Under the pieces are notes generated by a model that saw only the letters and a program-made list of their open reading frames with translations, was not told the origin of the DNA and ran no database searches. A stretch of DNA of 63,987 nt, filler included, from Sandaracinaceae bacterium (GTDB taxonomy: Bacteria > Myxococcota_A > Polyangia > Polyangiales > JADJQN01), in NCBI GenBank assembly GCA_947483975.1. It is 8 parts of 8 records of this genome, joined end to end, with 100 filler letters (N's around TTAATTAATTAA, not from the genome) between each part and the next. Parts side by side here need not be neighbours in the genome. Positions count along the whole stretch, not along the records: positions 42,484 to 50,820 come from CANKOL010000240.1; positions 50,921 to 59,243 come from CANKOL010000241.1; positions 59,344 to 63,987 come from CANKOL010000404.1; 5 more parts are not named here. One strand, 5' to 3'. The position numbers were made by a program, and so were the translations under genes. Of the stretch, positions 49,596 to 59,989 are shown one piece after another; the first letter of the stretch is position 1; each line of letters starts with the position of its first letter.

Positions 49596-50612
49596 ATGTT
49601 TCCGCTCTCCATCCTCGACCTCGCGCCGATCGCGCAGGGCAGCACGGCGGCGGTCGCGTTCGCCAACATGGTCGAGCTCGCGCAGCACGGGGAGCGCCTC
49701 GGGTATCGGCGCTTCTGGCTCGCGGAGCATCATGGGATGCCCGGCATCGCGAGCGCGGCCACGGCCGTGCTCATCGGGCATGTCGCGGGGAAGACGTCGA
49801 CGATCCGCGTCGGGGCCGGCGGCGTCATGCTGCCGAATCACTCGCCGCTCGTCATCGCGGAGCAGTTCGGCACCCTCGCGTCGCTCTATCCGGGGCGCAT
49901 CGAGCTCGGGCTCGGGCGGGCGCCGGGCTCGGATCAGCTCACCTCGCGCGCGCTCCGGCGGAACCTCGCGGCGAGCAGTGACGAGTTCCCGCAGGACGTG
50001 CTCGAGCTGATGGACTACTTCGCGGACGAGCCGCGCAGCCCCGTGCGCGCGGTGCCGGGCGCGGGGCTCGAGGTGCCGATCTGGATCCTCGGCTCGAGCA
50101 CCTTCGGCGCGCAGCTCGCGGCGGCGCTCGGGCTCCCTTATGCGTTCGCGTCGCACTTCGCGCCCGCGCAGCTGATGCAAGCGATCTCGGTCTATCGCGA
50201 GCGCTTCAGGCCGTCCGCGCGGCTCGCGAAGCCGTACGTGATGCTCGGCTTCAACGTCTTCGCCGCGGACACCGACGAGGAGGCGCGCTTTCTCGCGACG
50301 TCGATGCAGCAGGCGTTCGTCAACCTGCGCCTCGGCCGCCCGTCGCAGCTTCAGCCGCCGATCGAGGGCTACGAGACGCGCCTCGGGCCGCAGGAGCGCG
50401 CGCTGCTCGAGCAGGTCTTGTCGTGCTCGGCCGTCGGCTCGCCGGCGACCGTCGGCGCGGCGCTCGCGGCGTTCATCGCGCGCACCGGCGCAGACGAGCT
50501 GATGATCACCTCGCAGGTGTACGACCACGCCGCGCGGCTGCGCTCGTTCGAGATCGCCGCAGACGTGGTGCGCGGCGACGTCGCAATTGTGCTTCCGGGC
50601 GCGCTCGCGTAG
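49596..50612 (+). CDS. LLM-class flavin-dependent oxidoreductase (luciferase-like)
   Basis: [44 protein letters not shown]. Confidence 0.95.
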   Translation: MFPLSILDLAPIAQGSTAAVAFANMVELAQHGERLGYRRFWLAEHHGMPGIASAATAVLIGHVAGKTSTIRVGAGGVMLPNHSPLVIAEQFGTLASLYPGRIELGLGRAPGSDQLTSRALRRNLAASSDEFPQDVLELMDYFADEPRSPVRAVPGAGLEVPIWILGSSTFGAQLAAALGLPYAFASHFAPAQLMQAISVYRERFRPSARLAKPYVMLGFNVFAADTDEEARFLATSMQQAFVNLRLGRPSQLQPPIEGYETRLGPQERALLEQVLSCSAVGSPATVGAALAAFIARTGADELMITSQVYDHAARLRSFEIAADVVRGDVAIVLPGALA

Positions 50613-50920
50613 CGTTCCTCGGTGCCTGGAGCAGCGATTGCCACCTTGAGCCGCGCCGCTGCGGCGGTGCGGCTAGCCTACGCGCCGCGAGCGCTCGTAT
50701 TCGCAAGCGCGACACCTCGCGCGGTCGCCGCCCTGGCGCTGCTCCTCGGCGCCGCGTGCGCAGGCGGCGACAGCGCGCCGACGATTCCCGTGGTGAGCGA
50801 GCCGCCGCCCGTCACGCCGANNNNNNNNNNNNNNNNNNNNNNNNNNNNNNNNNNNNNNNNNNNNTTAATTAATTAANNNNNNNNNNNNNNNNNNNNNNNN
50901 NNNNNNNNNNNNNNNNNNNN

Positions 50921-51267
50921 CCTTCGGCTGCGCTCGAGGGCGCAGCAGGCAGCGCCGCGAGCGCGCTCAGCCCGCGCGCCGTCAGCCCCGCGAGGCGCTC
51001 CTGGACCTCGGCGAGGGTGCGCCCCTCGGCCTGCAGCCGCTTGATCGCGACGAGCTGCGCGAGGTGCCTCCGCCCGTAGAACGCCGTGCGCCCGCGCAGC
51101 TCCGCCGGGCGGTCGAGCAGGCCGAGGGTCGTGTAGTAGCGGATCGTCCGGGCGTCGGGGACCTCGCGCGCCCTCGCGTCGGCGGGCACGAGCGCCGTCG
51201 CCGAGAGCGCGCGCGACAGCTCGTCTGCGAGCTCAGCGAGGGTCCACCGTGGGTCGTGCGCGGCCAT
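50921..51267 (-). CDS. MerR-family HTH regulator (3' truncated)
   Basis: TLAELA...PDARTIRYYTTLGLLDRP...Y...HL.QL..IKRLQ.EG..L.EV. Confidence 0.88.
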
Positions 51268-51304
51268 GCAACAGTGTTATGCAACAGTGTTGCATGAGCG
51301 TCAA
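51266..51304 (-). promoter_or_regulatory. putative promoter/operator of the MerR-like gene
   Basis: 13-bp direct repeat ATGCAACAGTGTT x2 (51266, 51279) overlapping the palindrome ATGCAACA-G-TGTTGCAT (51279-51295); TTGACG -35 on the minus strand at 51304-51299. Confidence 0.7.
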
Positions 51305-51453
51305 GGCCGTTTTTGGCGGGAGAACGTTCACGCACGCGCCCCGACCCTCGCCGACACTCGCCGTACCCCTGCCGCCGCGCGGCCGTCACAATTGATGGCG
51401 TTGCTCCGCGGTCGTCACGCGCCCGACACAATCGATCGGGAAACTTGGCCCCT

Positions 51454-52845
51454 ATGAACCGCCTGCACGCCGCCTCTCTCCTCGTCGCGCTCGGCCTGTC
51501 CACGCTGGGCTCCACTGCGCATGCCCAAGACCCCGGCTACGCGCCAGCCGGCGGCGGCGCCGCGAACCTCGGCGTCGCCGCGACGTCCGACGTCGAGCCC
51601 TCCAGCATCGAACCCGGCGGCGACGTGACGCCTCCCGCGGAGCCCGTCGTGCTCGTCGCGCCGAGCGAGATCACGCCGCCCGCCGAGCCCGTCGCTCCCC
51701 CCGCGCCCGCCGCACCCGCCGCACCCGCTCCATCCGGCTCCGCCGTCACCGCGCGCTACGCGGTCGGTGATGGCCTGACGATCGCGTCGGAGGACGGCCT
51801 CTTCACCCTGAAGTTCAAGGGCTATATGCAGCTCCGTTTCACCGTCAGCGACGGCGTGCAGGACGAGGTGCCCGCGAGCACCGAGCTCGTCGTGCGGCGG
51901 ATGCGCTTCACGATCGGCGGGCAGTTCGTCGTGCCGGAGCTGACCTACGCCGCGCAGTTCGTCTTCGCGAACGGCGACATGGAGTCGGACCTGCGCGTGC
52001 CGCTCCTCGACGCCTGGGTGAACTACTCCGCCGCGCGCGACTTCCAGCTGCGCGTCGGTCAGGCGAAGGTGCCCTACGGCAGCCTGTTCAACATCTCGTC
52101 CGCCAACCAGCAGTTCGCGGACGCGTCGATCGTCAAGTCGGAGCTCGGGATGGAGTACGACATGGGCGTCTACGCGTACTCGAAGGACCTCTTCGGGCTC
52201 GGCAATCGCCTGCAGTACCAGCTCGGTATGTTCAGCGGCGACGGGCGCAACCGCACCTCGACGCGCAGCGGGCTGCTCTGGGCGGCGCGCGTCGAGTTCA
52301 CGCCCTTCGGCAAGTTCGAGACGGGCGCCGAGTCCGATCACGCGCGCAGCTCCGACCCGCGCTTGCAGCTCGCGTTCAGCGCGGCGCTCAACAAGAACAC
52401 CGTCCGCTCGCGCAGCATCTCGGGCGACACGTACACGCTCGGCGGCTTCGACTATCAGCACCTCGACGCAGAGCTGATGTTCAAGGTCGCGGGCTTCTCG
52501 CTCCAGGCCGAGTGGCTCTGGCGCAACGCGACGACTGACTCGCACAGCCACATGAACATGGACGGCACGACCAGCACGGAATACGCGCGCTCGGCTTGGG
52601 GCTACGTCGCGCAGGCGGGCTATCTGCTCTCGTGCGGCTTCGAGGTCGCGGCGCGCTACGGCGACGTGCAGCCGCGCGCAGGCTCGCCGGCGTCGCAGCA
52701 CCGCGCCCGCGAGGTCGGCGGCGCGCTCAGCTACTACTTCGAGAAGCACGCGCTGAAGCTGCAGGCGGACTACTTCTACCTCTACGGCGAAGCGTTCGAC
52801 GACGGGCACCATCAGGTGCGCGTGCAGGCGCAGCTGCAGTTCTGA
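51454..52845 (+). CDS. phosphate-selective porin (OprO/OprP family)
   Basis: Signal peptide, Pro-rich linker, VRRMR, LLDAW, GQAKVPY, C-terminal Phe; upstream of pstS. Confidence 0.85.
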   Translation: MNRLHAASLLVALGLSTLGSTAHAQDPGYAPAGGGAANLGVAATSDVEPSSIEPGGDVTPPAEPVVLVAPSEITPPAEPVAPPAPAAPAAPAPSGSAVTARYAVGDGLTIASEDGLFTLKFKGYMQLRFTVSDGVQDEVPASTELVVRRMRFTIGGQFVVPELTYAAQFVFANGDMESDLRVPLLDAWVNYSAARDFQLRVGQAKVPYGSLFNISSANQQFADASIVKSELGMEYDMGVYAYSKDLFGLGNRLQYQLGMFSGDGRNRTSTRSGLLWAARVEFTPFGKFETGAESDHARSSDPRLQLAFSAALNKNTVRSRSISGDTYTLGGFDYQHLDAELMFKVAGFSLQAEWLWRNATTDSHSHMNMDGTTSTEYARSAWGYVAQAGYLLSCGFEVAARYGDVQPRAGSPASQHRAREVGGALSYYFEKHALKLQADYFYLYGEAFDDGHHQVRVQAQLQF

Positions 52846-52972
52846 GACGGCGCTGAGCGCCCGCTGAGCGTGCGCTGAGCGAGCTCCGTTCGAGTTCGGT
52901 TCGACGCTCTTTTCTGGTCCTTTTCAAGTTCCGTTCGAGTCCCGATCGCCGCCCGAGCGCGCGCGACGCACA

Positions 52973-53014
52973 CCGTCCCGCGCTCGTCGCACCTCCTTCA
53001 CACGTCCGTCACGA
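52973..53014 (+). promoter_or_regulatory. putative Pho box array upstream of pstS
   Basis: GTCCC/GTCGC/TTCAC/GTCAC at 52975, 52986, 52997, 53008 (exact 11-bp period). Confidence 0.6.
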
Positions 53015-53051
53015 GCCGCGCGCACGTTGCGCGCACCCTCGGAGAAACCAG

Positions 53052-53996
53052 ATGTCGAACGCGTTTCGCTCGCTCCATGCACGCTCGTACACGTTTGCCC
53101 TCTCGTCGGCGCTGCTCGGCTGCGCGGCGCTCCTCACGGCCTGCAGCGGTGGGCACGGCCGCAGCGCGGACACCGACCCGAGCGCACGCCCGGCCGACGA
53201 CGTCCCGCCCGGCACGCCGATGGGCGGAACCCTGACGATCTCGGGCTCCGACACGATGGTCATCCTCGCGCAGCGCTTCGCCGAGACGTACATGCACACG
53301 CACGCGGGCACCACGATCCAGGTGTCCGGCGGCGGCAGCGGCACGGGCATCGCGGCGCTCGTCAACGGCACGACGACGATCGCGGACGCGAGCCGCGCGA
53401 TGAAGGACGAAGAGAAGGCGCACGTCCTCGCGCAGCGGCACGCCGCGGCGCAAGAGACGCGCGTCGCGCTCGATGCGCTCGCGGTCTACGTGCACACCTC
53501 CAATCAGGTGCCGCCGCTCACGATCGAGCAGCTCTCGGGCATCTACCGCGGCACGATCACCAACTGGAAAGACGTCGGCGGCGCAGACCTGCCGATCGTC
53601 CTCTACAGCCGCGAGAACAACTCGGGCACGTACGTCTACTTCAAGGAGCATGTGCTCCACGACGCGGACTTCGCGGCCACCGCGCAGACGCTCCCCGGCA
53701 CCGCCGCGGTGATCAACGCGGTCAGCCGCGATCCGGGCGGCATCGGCTACGGCGGCATCGCCTACGCGACGGGCATCCGCGCGGTGTCGCTCGTCGGCGC
53801 GGCGGGCACGCCGGTCGCCCCGACGATGGCGACCGCGACCGACGGGACCTACCCGCTCTCGCGCTTCCTCTTCATGTACACCGCGGGCGCGCCGACGGGC
53901 CTCGCGAAGGACTTCCTCGACTGGGTCGTCTCGCCCGTCGGCCAAGCGCTGATCGAGCCGGTCGGCTTCTATCCCGTGCCGCACGGCGGCGCCTGA
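53052..53996 (+). CDS. pstS: phosphate ABC transporter substrate-binding lipoprotein
   Basis: Lipobox LTAC; GSDT, GGGSGTG, ASR, SRENNSGT, YPLSR. Confidence 0.96.
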   Translation: MSNAFRSLHARSYTFALSSALLGCAALLTACSGGHGRSADTDPSARPADDVPPGTPMGGTLTISGSDTMVILAQRFAETYMHTHAGTTIQVSGGGSGTGIAALVNGTTTIADASRAMKDEEKAHVLAQRHAAAQETRVALDALAVYVHTSNQVPPLTIEQLSGIYRGTITNWKDVGGADLPIVLYSRENNSGTYVYFKEHVLHDADFAATAQTLPGTAAVINAVSRDPGGIGYGGIAYATGIRAVSLVGAAGTPVAPTMATATDGTYPLSRFLFMYTAGAPTGLAKDFLDWVVSPVGQALIEPVGFYPVPHGGA

Positions 53997-54003
53997 GCCA
54001 GGC

Positions 54004-55059
54004 ATGAGCCCGACGGAGTCCACGAACGCGAGCGCCGCCGGCGGCGTCACGCCCGACTCGGCGGCGCGGCAGAGCAGCGCGCCTCCCGCGGACGGCGCTG
54101 CATCGCGCAGCCTCACGCGCAAGCGTCGGCACGGCCCCGCGTGGCATCGCGTGGCCGAGGTCGCCGTGCGCGTGATGGCGGCGTCGGCGGTGGTCTCCAT
54201 CGTGCTCATCTTCGCGTTCGTGCTGCGCGAGGCGGTGCCGATCTTCTGGGAGCAGTCGGACGTTCGGCTCGTCGATCTCGTCTCGCCGCGGCAGTGGGCG
54301 AATTACGACGCGCCGATGTTCATCTGGCAGCCCGTCGGCGGCGTCGCGAAGATGAACATCGTGCCGCTGTTCCTCGGCACGCTGAAGGTCACGCTCCTGT
54401 CGCTGCTCTTCGCCGTACCGCTCGCGATCGGCGCCGCGATCTTCGTCTCGCAGTTCGCGCGCCGCCGCGTGCGCGAGATCGTCAAGCCCGCGGTGGAATT
54501 GCTCGCGGGGATCCCCTCGGTCGTGCTCGGCTTCTTCGCTTTGATGATCCTCGCGACGTGGGTGCAGGACGCGTTCGGGCTCGCCTATCGCCTCAACGCG
54601 CTCGTCGCGGCGATGGGCCTCTCGCTCGCGGTCATCCCCGTCATCTTCACGATCAGCGAGGACGCGCTCGACGCCGTCCCGCGCCAGCTCAAGGAGGCGT
54701 CCCTCGCGCTCGGCGCGCGCAAGTGGCAGACGACGCTGCGCGTGGTGCTCCCCGCCGCGCTGCCGGGCATCGCCGCCGCCGTGATCCTCGGCTTCGGGCG
54801 CGCGATCGGCGAGACGATGGTCGTGCTGATGGCCTCGGGCAACGCCGCCGTGATGGCGCCGTTCAACCCGACGAGCAGCGCGCGCACCGTCACCGCGACG
54901 ATCGCGAGCGAGCTCGGCGAGGTGTCTCAGGGCGACGTGCACTGGCGCGTGCTCTTCTTGCTCGGCGCGCTCCTCTTCACGGTGACCTTCGTGCTCAACC
55001 GGATCGGCGTCGCGATCGTCGCGCGCCTGCACCGCAAGCTGACGGCGACGAGCCGATGA
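54004..55059 (+). CDS. pstC: phosphate ABC transporter permease PstC
   Basis: ELLAGIPSVVLG, EASLALGA, GRAIGETM. Confidence 0.96.
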   Translation: MSPTESTNASAAGGVTPDSAARQSSAPPADGAASRSLTRKRRHGPAWHRVAEVAVRVMAASAVVSIVLIFAFVLREAVPIFWEQSDVRLVDLVSPRQWANYDAPMFIWQPVGGVAKMNIVPLFLGTLKVTLLSLLFAVPLAIGAAIFVSQFARRRVREIVKPAVELLAGIPSVVLGFFALMILATWVQDAFGLAYRLNALVAAMGLSLAVIPVIFTISEDALDAVPRQLKEASLALGARKWQTTLRVVLPAALPGIAAAVILGFGRAIGETMVVLMASGNAAVMAPFNPTSSARTVTATIASELGEVSQGDVHWRVLFLLGALLFTVTFVLNRIGVAIVARLHRKLTATSR

Positions 55060-55952
55060 GATACGCGGGCCGCGACTGGCTGCTCTTCGGCGCGACGGGG
55101 CTCGCGACGCTGCTCGTGCTGAGCATGCTCGGCATCATCATCGGCGTCGTGCTGTGGCAGGGCGCGCCCGTGATCTCGGCCGAGTTCCTGACGAGCGCGC
55201 CGACGAGCGACATGACCGGCGGCGGCATCCTCCCGGCGATCTACGGCACCGTGCTGCTGACGCTGCTGATGACGCTCGCCGTCGTGCCCGTGGGCGTCGC
55301 GACGGCCGTCTACCTCACCGAGTACGCCTCGCCGCGCTCGCGCCTCGCGGGCATCGTGCGCGCGGCCGTGCAGAACCTCGCGGGCGTGCCGTCGATCGTG
55401 TTCGGCTTGTTCGGGCTCGGCTTCTTCGTGCTCTTCATCGGGCGCGGGCTCGACACCGCGCTCGGCGCGAGCGAGCCGGTGTGGGGCAAGCCCGCCGTGC
55501 TCTGGTCGGCGCTGACGCTCGCGATCCTGACGCTGCCGGTCGTCATCGTGACGACCGAGGAGGCGCTCCGCGCGGTGCCGAACGACCTCCGCGAGGCGGC
55601 GCTCGCCCTCGGCGCGACGCGCTTTCAGACGGTGCTCACCGTCGTGCTGCCCAACGCGCGCGGCGGCATCCTGACGGGCGTCGTGCTCGCGGTCAGCCGC
55701 GGCGCGGGCGAGGTCGCGCCGATCATCTTCACGGGCGCGGCGAACTTCTTGCCGTACCTTCCGACCGATCTGCGCGACATGTTCATGCACCTCGGCTATC
55801 ACGTCTACGCGCTCGCGACGCAGTCCCCGAACGTCGACGCCGCGCGACCGATGCTGTTCGGCACGGTCCTCGTCCTGCTGACGGTCAGCTTCTCGCTCAA
55901 CCTGATCGCCGTCGTCATCCGCAGCCGCTCGCGCGCCGCGCTGCGAGCCTGA
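55056..55952 (+). CDS. pstA: phosphate ABC transporter permease PstA
   Basis: ATGA overlap with pst[33 protein letters not shown]. Confidence 0.96.
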   Translation: MRYAGRDWLLFGATGLATLLVLSMLGIIIGVVLWQGAPVISAEFLTSAPTSDMTGGGILPAIYGTVLLTLLMTLAVVPVGVATAVYLTEYASPRSRLAGIVRAAVQNLAGVPSIVFGLFGLGFFVLFIGRGLDTALGASEPVWGKPAVLWSALTLAILTLPVVIVTTEEALRAVPNDLREAALALGATRFQTVLTVVLPNARGGILTGVVLAVSRGAGEVAPIIFTGAANFLPYLPTDLRDMFMHLGYHVYALATQSPNVDAARPMLFGTVLVLLTVSFSLNLIAVVIRSRSRAALRA

Positions 55953-55983
55953 GGCCGCGCAAGCCCCGGAGCGCGAACCCGAT

Positions 55984-56805
55984 ATGAGCACCGCACCTCC
56001 CGCCATCTCTCGAGCCGTCCCGCCCCGCAGCGAGCACGACCGCGCGCCGTCGCCGACCAAGCTCGTCTGCGAGAACGTCTTCGTCCGCTACGGCACGAAG
56101 ATCGCCGTCAACGACGTCTCGCTGAACATCGAGGAGTGCCGCGTCACGGCGCTGATCGGTCCGTCCGGCTGCGGCAAGTCGAGCTTCTTGCGGTCCCTGA
56201 ACCGCATGAACGACATCATCGAGGACGCGAAGGTGACGGGGCGGATCATCCTCGACGGCGAGGACATCTACGCGCGCAACATCGACGTCGTCGAGGTGCG
56301 GCGGCGCGTCGGGATGGTCTTTCAGCGCTCGAACCCATTCCCGAAGTCGATCTTCGAGAACGTCGCGTACGGGCTCCGCATCGCCGACATGAAGGGCAAG
56401 GCGGAGATCGCCGCGCGCGTCGAGGAGTCGCTCCGCGGCGCGGCGCTCTGGGACGAGGTGAAGGACCGCCTCGACGAGTCGGCGCTCGCGCTCTCGGGCG
56501 GGCAGCAGCAGCGCGTCTGCATCGCGCGCGCGCTGGCGATTCGCCCCGAGGTGATCTTGATGGACGAGCCCGCGTCGGCGCTCGATCCGATCGCGACGGC
56601 GCGCATCGAGCAGCTGATCCGCGAGCTCCGCGAGAAGTACACGATCGTCATCGTCACGCACTCGATGCAGCAGGCGGCGCGCGTCAGCGACACGACGGCG
56701 TTCTTCTACATGGGCGAGCTGATCGAGCACGGCGACACCGAGCAGATCTTCACCTCGCCGAAGAAGCGCCAGACCGAGGACTACATCACCGGGCGCTTCG
56801 GCTGA
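55984..56805 (+). CDS. pstB: phosphate ABC transporter ATPase PstB
   Basis: [30 protein letters not shown]. Confidence 0.97.
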   Translation: MSTAPPAISRAVPPRSEHDRAPSPTKLVCENVFVRYGTKIAVNDVSLNIEECRVTALIGPSGCGKSSFLRSLNRMNDIIEDAKVTGRIILDGEDIYARNIDVVEVRRRVGMVFQRSNPFPKSIFENVAYGLRIADMKGKAEIAARVEESLRGAALWDEVKDRLDESALALSGGQQQRVCIARALAIRPEVILMDEPASALDPIATARIEQLIRELREKYTIVIVTHSMQQAARVSDTTAFFYMGELIEHGDTEQIFTSPKKRQTEDYITGRFG

Positions 56806-56864
56806 GCGGGCTGCGGCTGAGCGGGTCGGTGCGCTGAGGCAGACCTGACACCCTCGTTTCGCAG

Positions 56865-56885
56865 CGTTCACACGGCTGTCACAAT
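56865..56885 (+). promoter_or_regulatory. putative Pho box downstream of pstB
   Basis: CGTTCAC-ACGG-CTGTCAC-AAT, half-sites 11 bp apart. Confidence 0.65.
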
Positions 56886-56922
56886 CCGCGCGCATCTTCT
56901 CCCCGACCTGGGAGGACGGATC

Positions 56923-57027
56923 ATGAAGCAGTCGATGCGCCGCACGTTCACGTCGGAAGGCCTCTTCTCCAGCGTCTGCGCCGTCGTGTTCTTCGCCTCG
57001 GTGTTCGCCGCCGCGCTCAGCAGCTGA
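56923..57027 (+). CDS. small hydrophobic peptide (34 aa)
   Basis: SD GGGAGGA; MKQSMRRTFTSEGLFSSVCAVVFFASVFAAALSS*. Confidence 0.55.
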   Translation: MKQSMRRTFTSEGLFSSVCAVVFFASVFAAALSS

Positions 57028-57049
57028 GCGGCTCTTTGAAGGAGCCCGC

Positions 57050-57820
57050 GTGAGCGCTGCGCGGGTGGGGGATGAAGGCCGCGCAGAGGCGACGCGTGGA
57101 GCGGACGGGCGCAGCCGCGAGGTGACGCGCGTGGTGCATACAGGCGATGCGCTCGCCTGGCTCGCTGCGCAGACGGTGCTCGAGGGCGCGTCCGTCGTCA
57201 CGTCGTTGCCCGACGCGTCGGAGCTGCCGAGCCTGCCGCACGCCGAGTGGGAGGCGTGGTTCGTCGACGCCGCGGCGCTCGTGCTCTCGCGCGTGCCGCC
57301 GACGGGCTTGGCGATCTTCTATCAGACCGACGTGAAGGCGCAGGGGCGCTGGATCGACAAGGCGCAGCTCGTCGCGCGGGCCGCCGAGCGGGCGGGCGCC
57401 GCGCTCGTGTTTCACAAGATCGTGCTGCGCGCGGAGGCGGGCGCGGTGACGCGCGGGCTGCCGGCGTACTCGCACCTCGTCGCGTGGTCCCCGACGCGCG
57501 AGGCGGGCGGCGCGAGGCTCGCGCTCGGGGACGCGACGGCGGATGTGCTGCCGAGCGCGGGCGCGACGACGTGGACGCGCGGGATGGGCGTCGAGGCGTG
57601 CCGCGCCGCGTGCGAGGCGGTGCTGCGCTACACGCCGACGCGCACGGTCGTCGACCCGTTCTGCGGGCACGGCACGGTGCTCGCGGTGGCCAACGCGCTC
57701 GGGCTCGACGCCGTCGGCGTGGAGCTAGGCGCGCGACGCGCTCGACGCGCGCGCACGCTGCAACTGTCGGAGCTCGAGGGGCCAGAGCGCGACGACCACG
57801 GCGCGCTCACGAAGGCGTGA
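57050..57820 (+). CDS. SAM-dependent methyltransferase-like protein
   Basis: GDALAWL, VVTSLPD, VVDPFCGHGT...GVEL (N6/N4-MTase-like layout); start uncertain. Confidence 0.75.
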   Translation: MSAARVGDEGRAEATRGADGRSREVTRVVHTGDALAWLAAQTVLEGASVVTSLPDASELPSLPHAEWEAWFVDAAALVLSRVPPTGLAIFYQTDVKAQGRWIDKAQLVARAAERAGAALVFHKIVLRAEAGAVTRGLPAYSHLVAWSPTREAGGARLALGDATADVLPSAGATTWTRGMGVEACRAACEAVLRYTPTRTVVDPFCGHGTVLAVANALGLDAVGVELGARRARRARTLQLSELEGPERDDHGALTKA

Positions 57821-57841
57821 GCGCGCGTCGCCAGGGTCGCC

Positions 57842-58357
57842 TCAGTAGCCGGCGACCTCGATGTGCTTCACCTGCACCGGCTTGACCGGGCGATCGCTCC
57901 GCGTCGGCGTCGTCTCGATCGCGCGGATCACGTCCGCGCCCTCGGTGACGCGGCCGAACACCGGGTGACGCGACGGGCCCGGCGAGAACCAGTCGAGGCG
58001 CGCGTTGTCGACGGTGTTGATGAAGAACTGCGAGCCGCCGCTGTTCGGCTGGCCGGTGTTCGCCATCGAGAGCGTCATCGGCTGGTTGCTGAGCTTGTGC
58101 TCTGCGGGGTGCTCGTCCTTGATCGTGCCGTGCGGCGGGCCGCCGGTGCCGGCGCGGCCGCTGTTCGGGTCCTTCGAGTGCGGGCAGCCGAACTGCAGCA
58201 TGAAGCCGTCGATCACGCGGTGAAAGTGCAGGCCGTCGTAGAAGCCGCTCTTCGCGAGGTCGAGGAAATTCTTGGCGGTGATGGGCATCTTGTCGAGATA
58301 GAGCTCGACGGTGAAGTTGCCGAGGCTGGTCTCGAACGTCGCGGTCGGATTCGTCAT
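57842..58357 (-). CDS. cyclophilin-type peptidyl-prolyl isomerase
   Basis: [33 protein letters not shown]. Confidence 0.96.
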   Translation of the reverse strand: MTNPTATFETSLGNFTVELYLDKMPITAKNFLDLAKSGFYDGLHFHRVIDGFMLQFGCPHSKDPNSGRAGTGGPPHGTIKDEHPAEHKLSNQPMTLSMANTGQPNSGGSQFFINTVDNARLDWFSPGPSRHPVFGRVTEGADVIRAIETTPTRSDRPVKPVQVKHIEVAGY

Positions 58358-58485
58358 GGGAGCGGGTCTCCTTGGCTCAGGGCGGGGATTCTTATCACAA
58401 CTGCGCCGCGCTGCGGGCCGGCGCTGCATGCCGCGGGTTGCCGCGGCTCTTGCCCCCGACGCGACCGCGCGCAACGCTCGACGCC

Positions 58486-59001
58486 GTGCCCGCCGACCCA
58501 GAACTGAGCGCCGCGTCGCGCGCGCCGAGGCTGCCGGGGCGGGAACTCAGCGACGAGCGCCTCGTCTCCCAAAGCCGCCTGATCGCGCTCGGGTCTACGC
58601 TGCCTGTGGCGCTGACCGGCTCGCTCTCGCTGTACGTCGCGACGCAAGGGAGCGGGCGCGGGGACGCCGCGCCGTGGCTGATCGCGCTCGGCTCCGCGCT
58701 CGTGATCCTCGCCGTGCGCTTCTCGCAGCGGCACCAAGGGCGCGTGTTCATCACGGCCGAGGGCGTCCTCGTGCGGACGCTCTTCGGCACGAGCGTCGTC
58801 ATCGCGTGGCGCGAGATCGAGGGCGCGCGCGTCGGCTTCACGCCGTGGGGCGTGCCGTCGCGCTACCCGGGCTATGTGCGCCTGCGCCTGCGCACGCGGC
58901 ACCCGATCGTCGGCCGCTGGGTGACGACGATCGCGCCGTCCCGCGAGGCCGCCCTCCGCGTGACGGCCGAGATCGCCGACCGCGTGCGTGAGGCGCTGTA
59001 G
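58486..59001 (+). CDS. membrane protein, two TM helices plus PH-like domain
   Basis: Two hydrophobic segments then ITAEGV.VRT......IAWREI; start uncertain. Confidence 0.55.
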   Translation: MPADPELSAASRAPRLPGRELSDERLVSQSRLIALGSTLPVALTGSLSLYVATQGSGRGDAAPWLIALGSALVILAVRFSQRHQGRVFITAEGVLVRTLFGTSVVIAWREIEGARVGFTPWGVPSRYPGYVRLRLRTRHPIVGRWVTTIAPSREAALRVTAEIADRVREAL

Positions 59002-59243
59002 ATGGCGGCCGTCGACGCGCAGCACGCTCCGCGAAAGCGCGACACGATCGGCGCGGCGCTGGCCCTCGCGCTGCTGTTGTCGCTGCTCGCGCACCTGAGC
59101 ACGGCGCTCCTCTTCGTGCGCTTCGGCGGGCGCGCGGGCGCAGCGGGCGAGAACGGCCACGGCGGCGCGGGCGATGTGACGATGGACATCAGCGTCGAGG
59201 GACCGCGCGCCGAGCGCGTGCAGCCCGCCGTCGCCGCCGCGCC
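59002..59243 (+). CDS. membrane-anchored protein N-terminus, TonB-like (truncated)
   Basis: SLLAH TM motif followed by an Ala/Pro-rich start. Confidence 0.45.
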
Positions 59244-59343
59244 NNNNNNNNNNNNNNNNNNNNNNNNNNNNNNNNNNNNNNNNNNNNTTAATTAATTAAN
59301 NNNNNNNNNNNNNNNNNNNNNNNNNNNNNNNNNNNNNNNNNNN

Positions 59344-59989
59344 CACGGCGTCGCCGCCGACGCGCGCCTCCGGGACCGCCCGCGGTGCCGCCGACGGGAC
59401 CCGTGTTGCGCGGCTCACCGTCCGCGCGGTTGGTGCGCGCGGGGATGATCTGCACGCGACGCTCCATGCCCTCGCCGTTCGAGCGAGTGCTGACGCCCGG
59501 CAGCTTGGCCAGGCTGAGGTGGATGACGCGGCGATCGCGCGGCGACATCGGCTCGAGCGTCACGACCTTGCCCTGCGTCACGGCGCGCTTGGCCTCGCGC
59601 CGCGCGAGCGACATCAGCCCCTCGTCGTGCCGATCACGGTAGTCGCCGCTGTCGACGACCACATGCCGCCGCCCCTCGGGGAAGCGGTTGACGATCTTGT
59701 TGACGAGGAACTGCAGCGCGTCGAGGGTCTGCCCCTTCTTGCCGATCGCGCGGCCCGAGTCCGGGCCGTCGATGTCGAGCACGATGCGCTCGCCGTCCTC
59801 GCGCACCGAGACGCGCGCGTCGAGGTCCATGCGACGCATGATCTCGGCGAGGGCCTCCGCGGCTTGCTCGGCCTTGCCGTCGTGCGGTGTCCCGCGCGGC
59901 GCGCTCGATGCGTCGCGGCTCGTCTCGCCTAGCTCCTCTGCGTCATCGACGAAGAGGGCACCATCTTGAACATTCCTACGCTCATCCAC
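59344..59989 (-). CDS. jag: Jag/KhpB (EloR) KH + R3H RNA-binding protein (3' truncated)
   Basis: IGKKGQTLDALQFL, DYR, LEPMSPRDRRVIH, S.GEG..R; follows yidC. Confidence 0.92.

Noticed and set aside
57050..57820. Restriction-modification system
   Set aside because: Solitary MTase-like gene with TSLPD rather than a DPPY/SPPY motif and no nuclease neighbour
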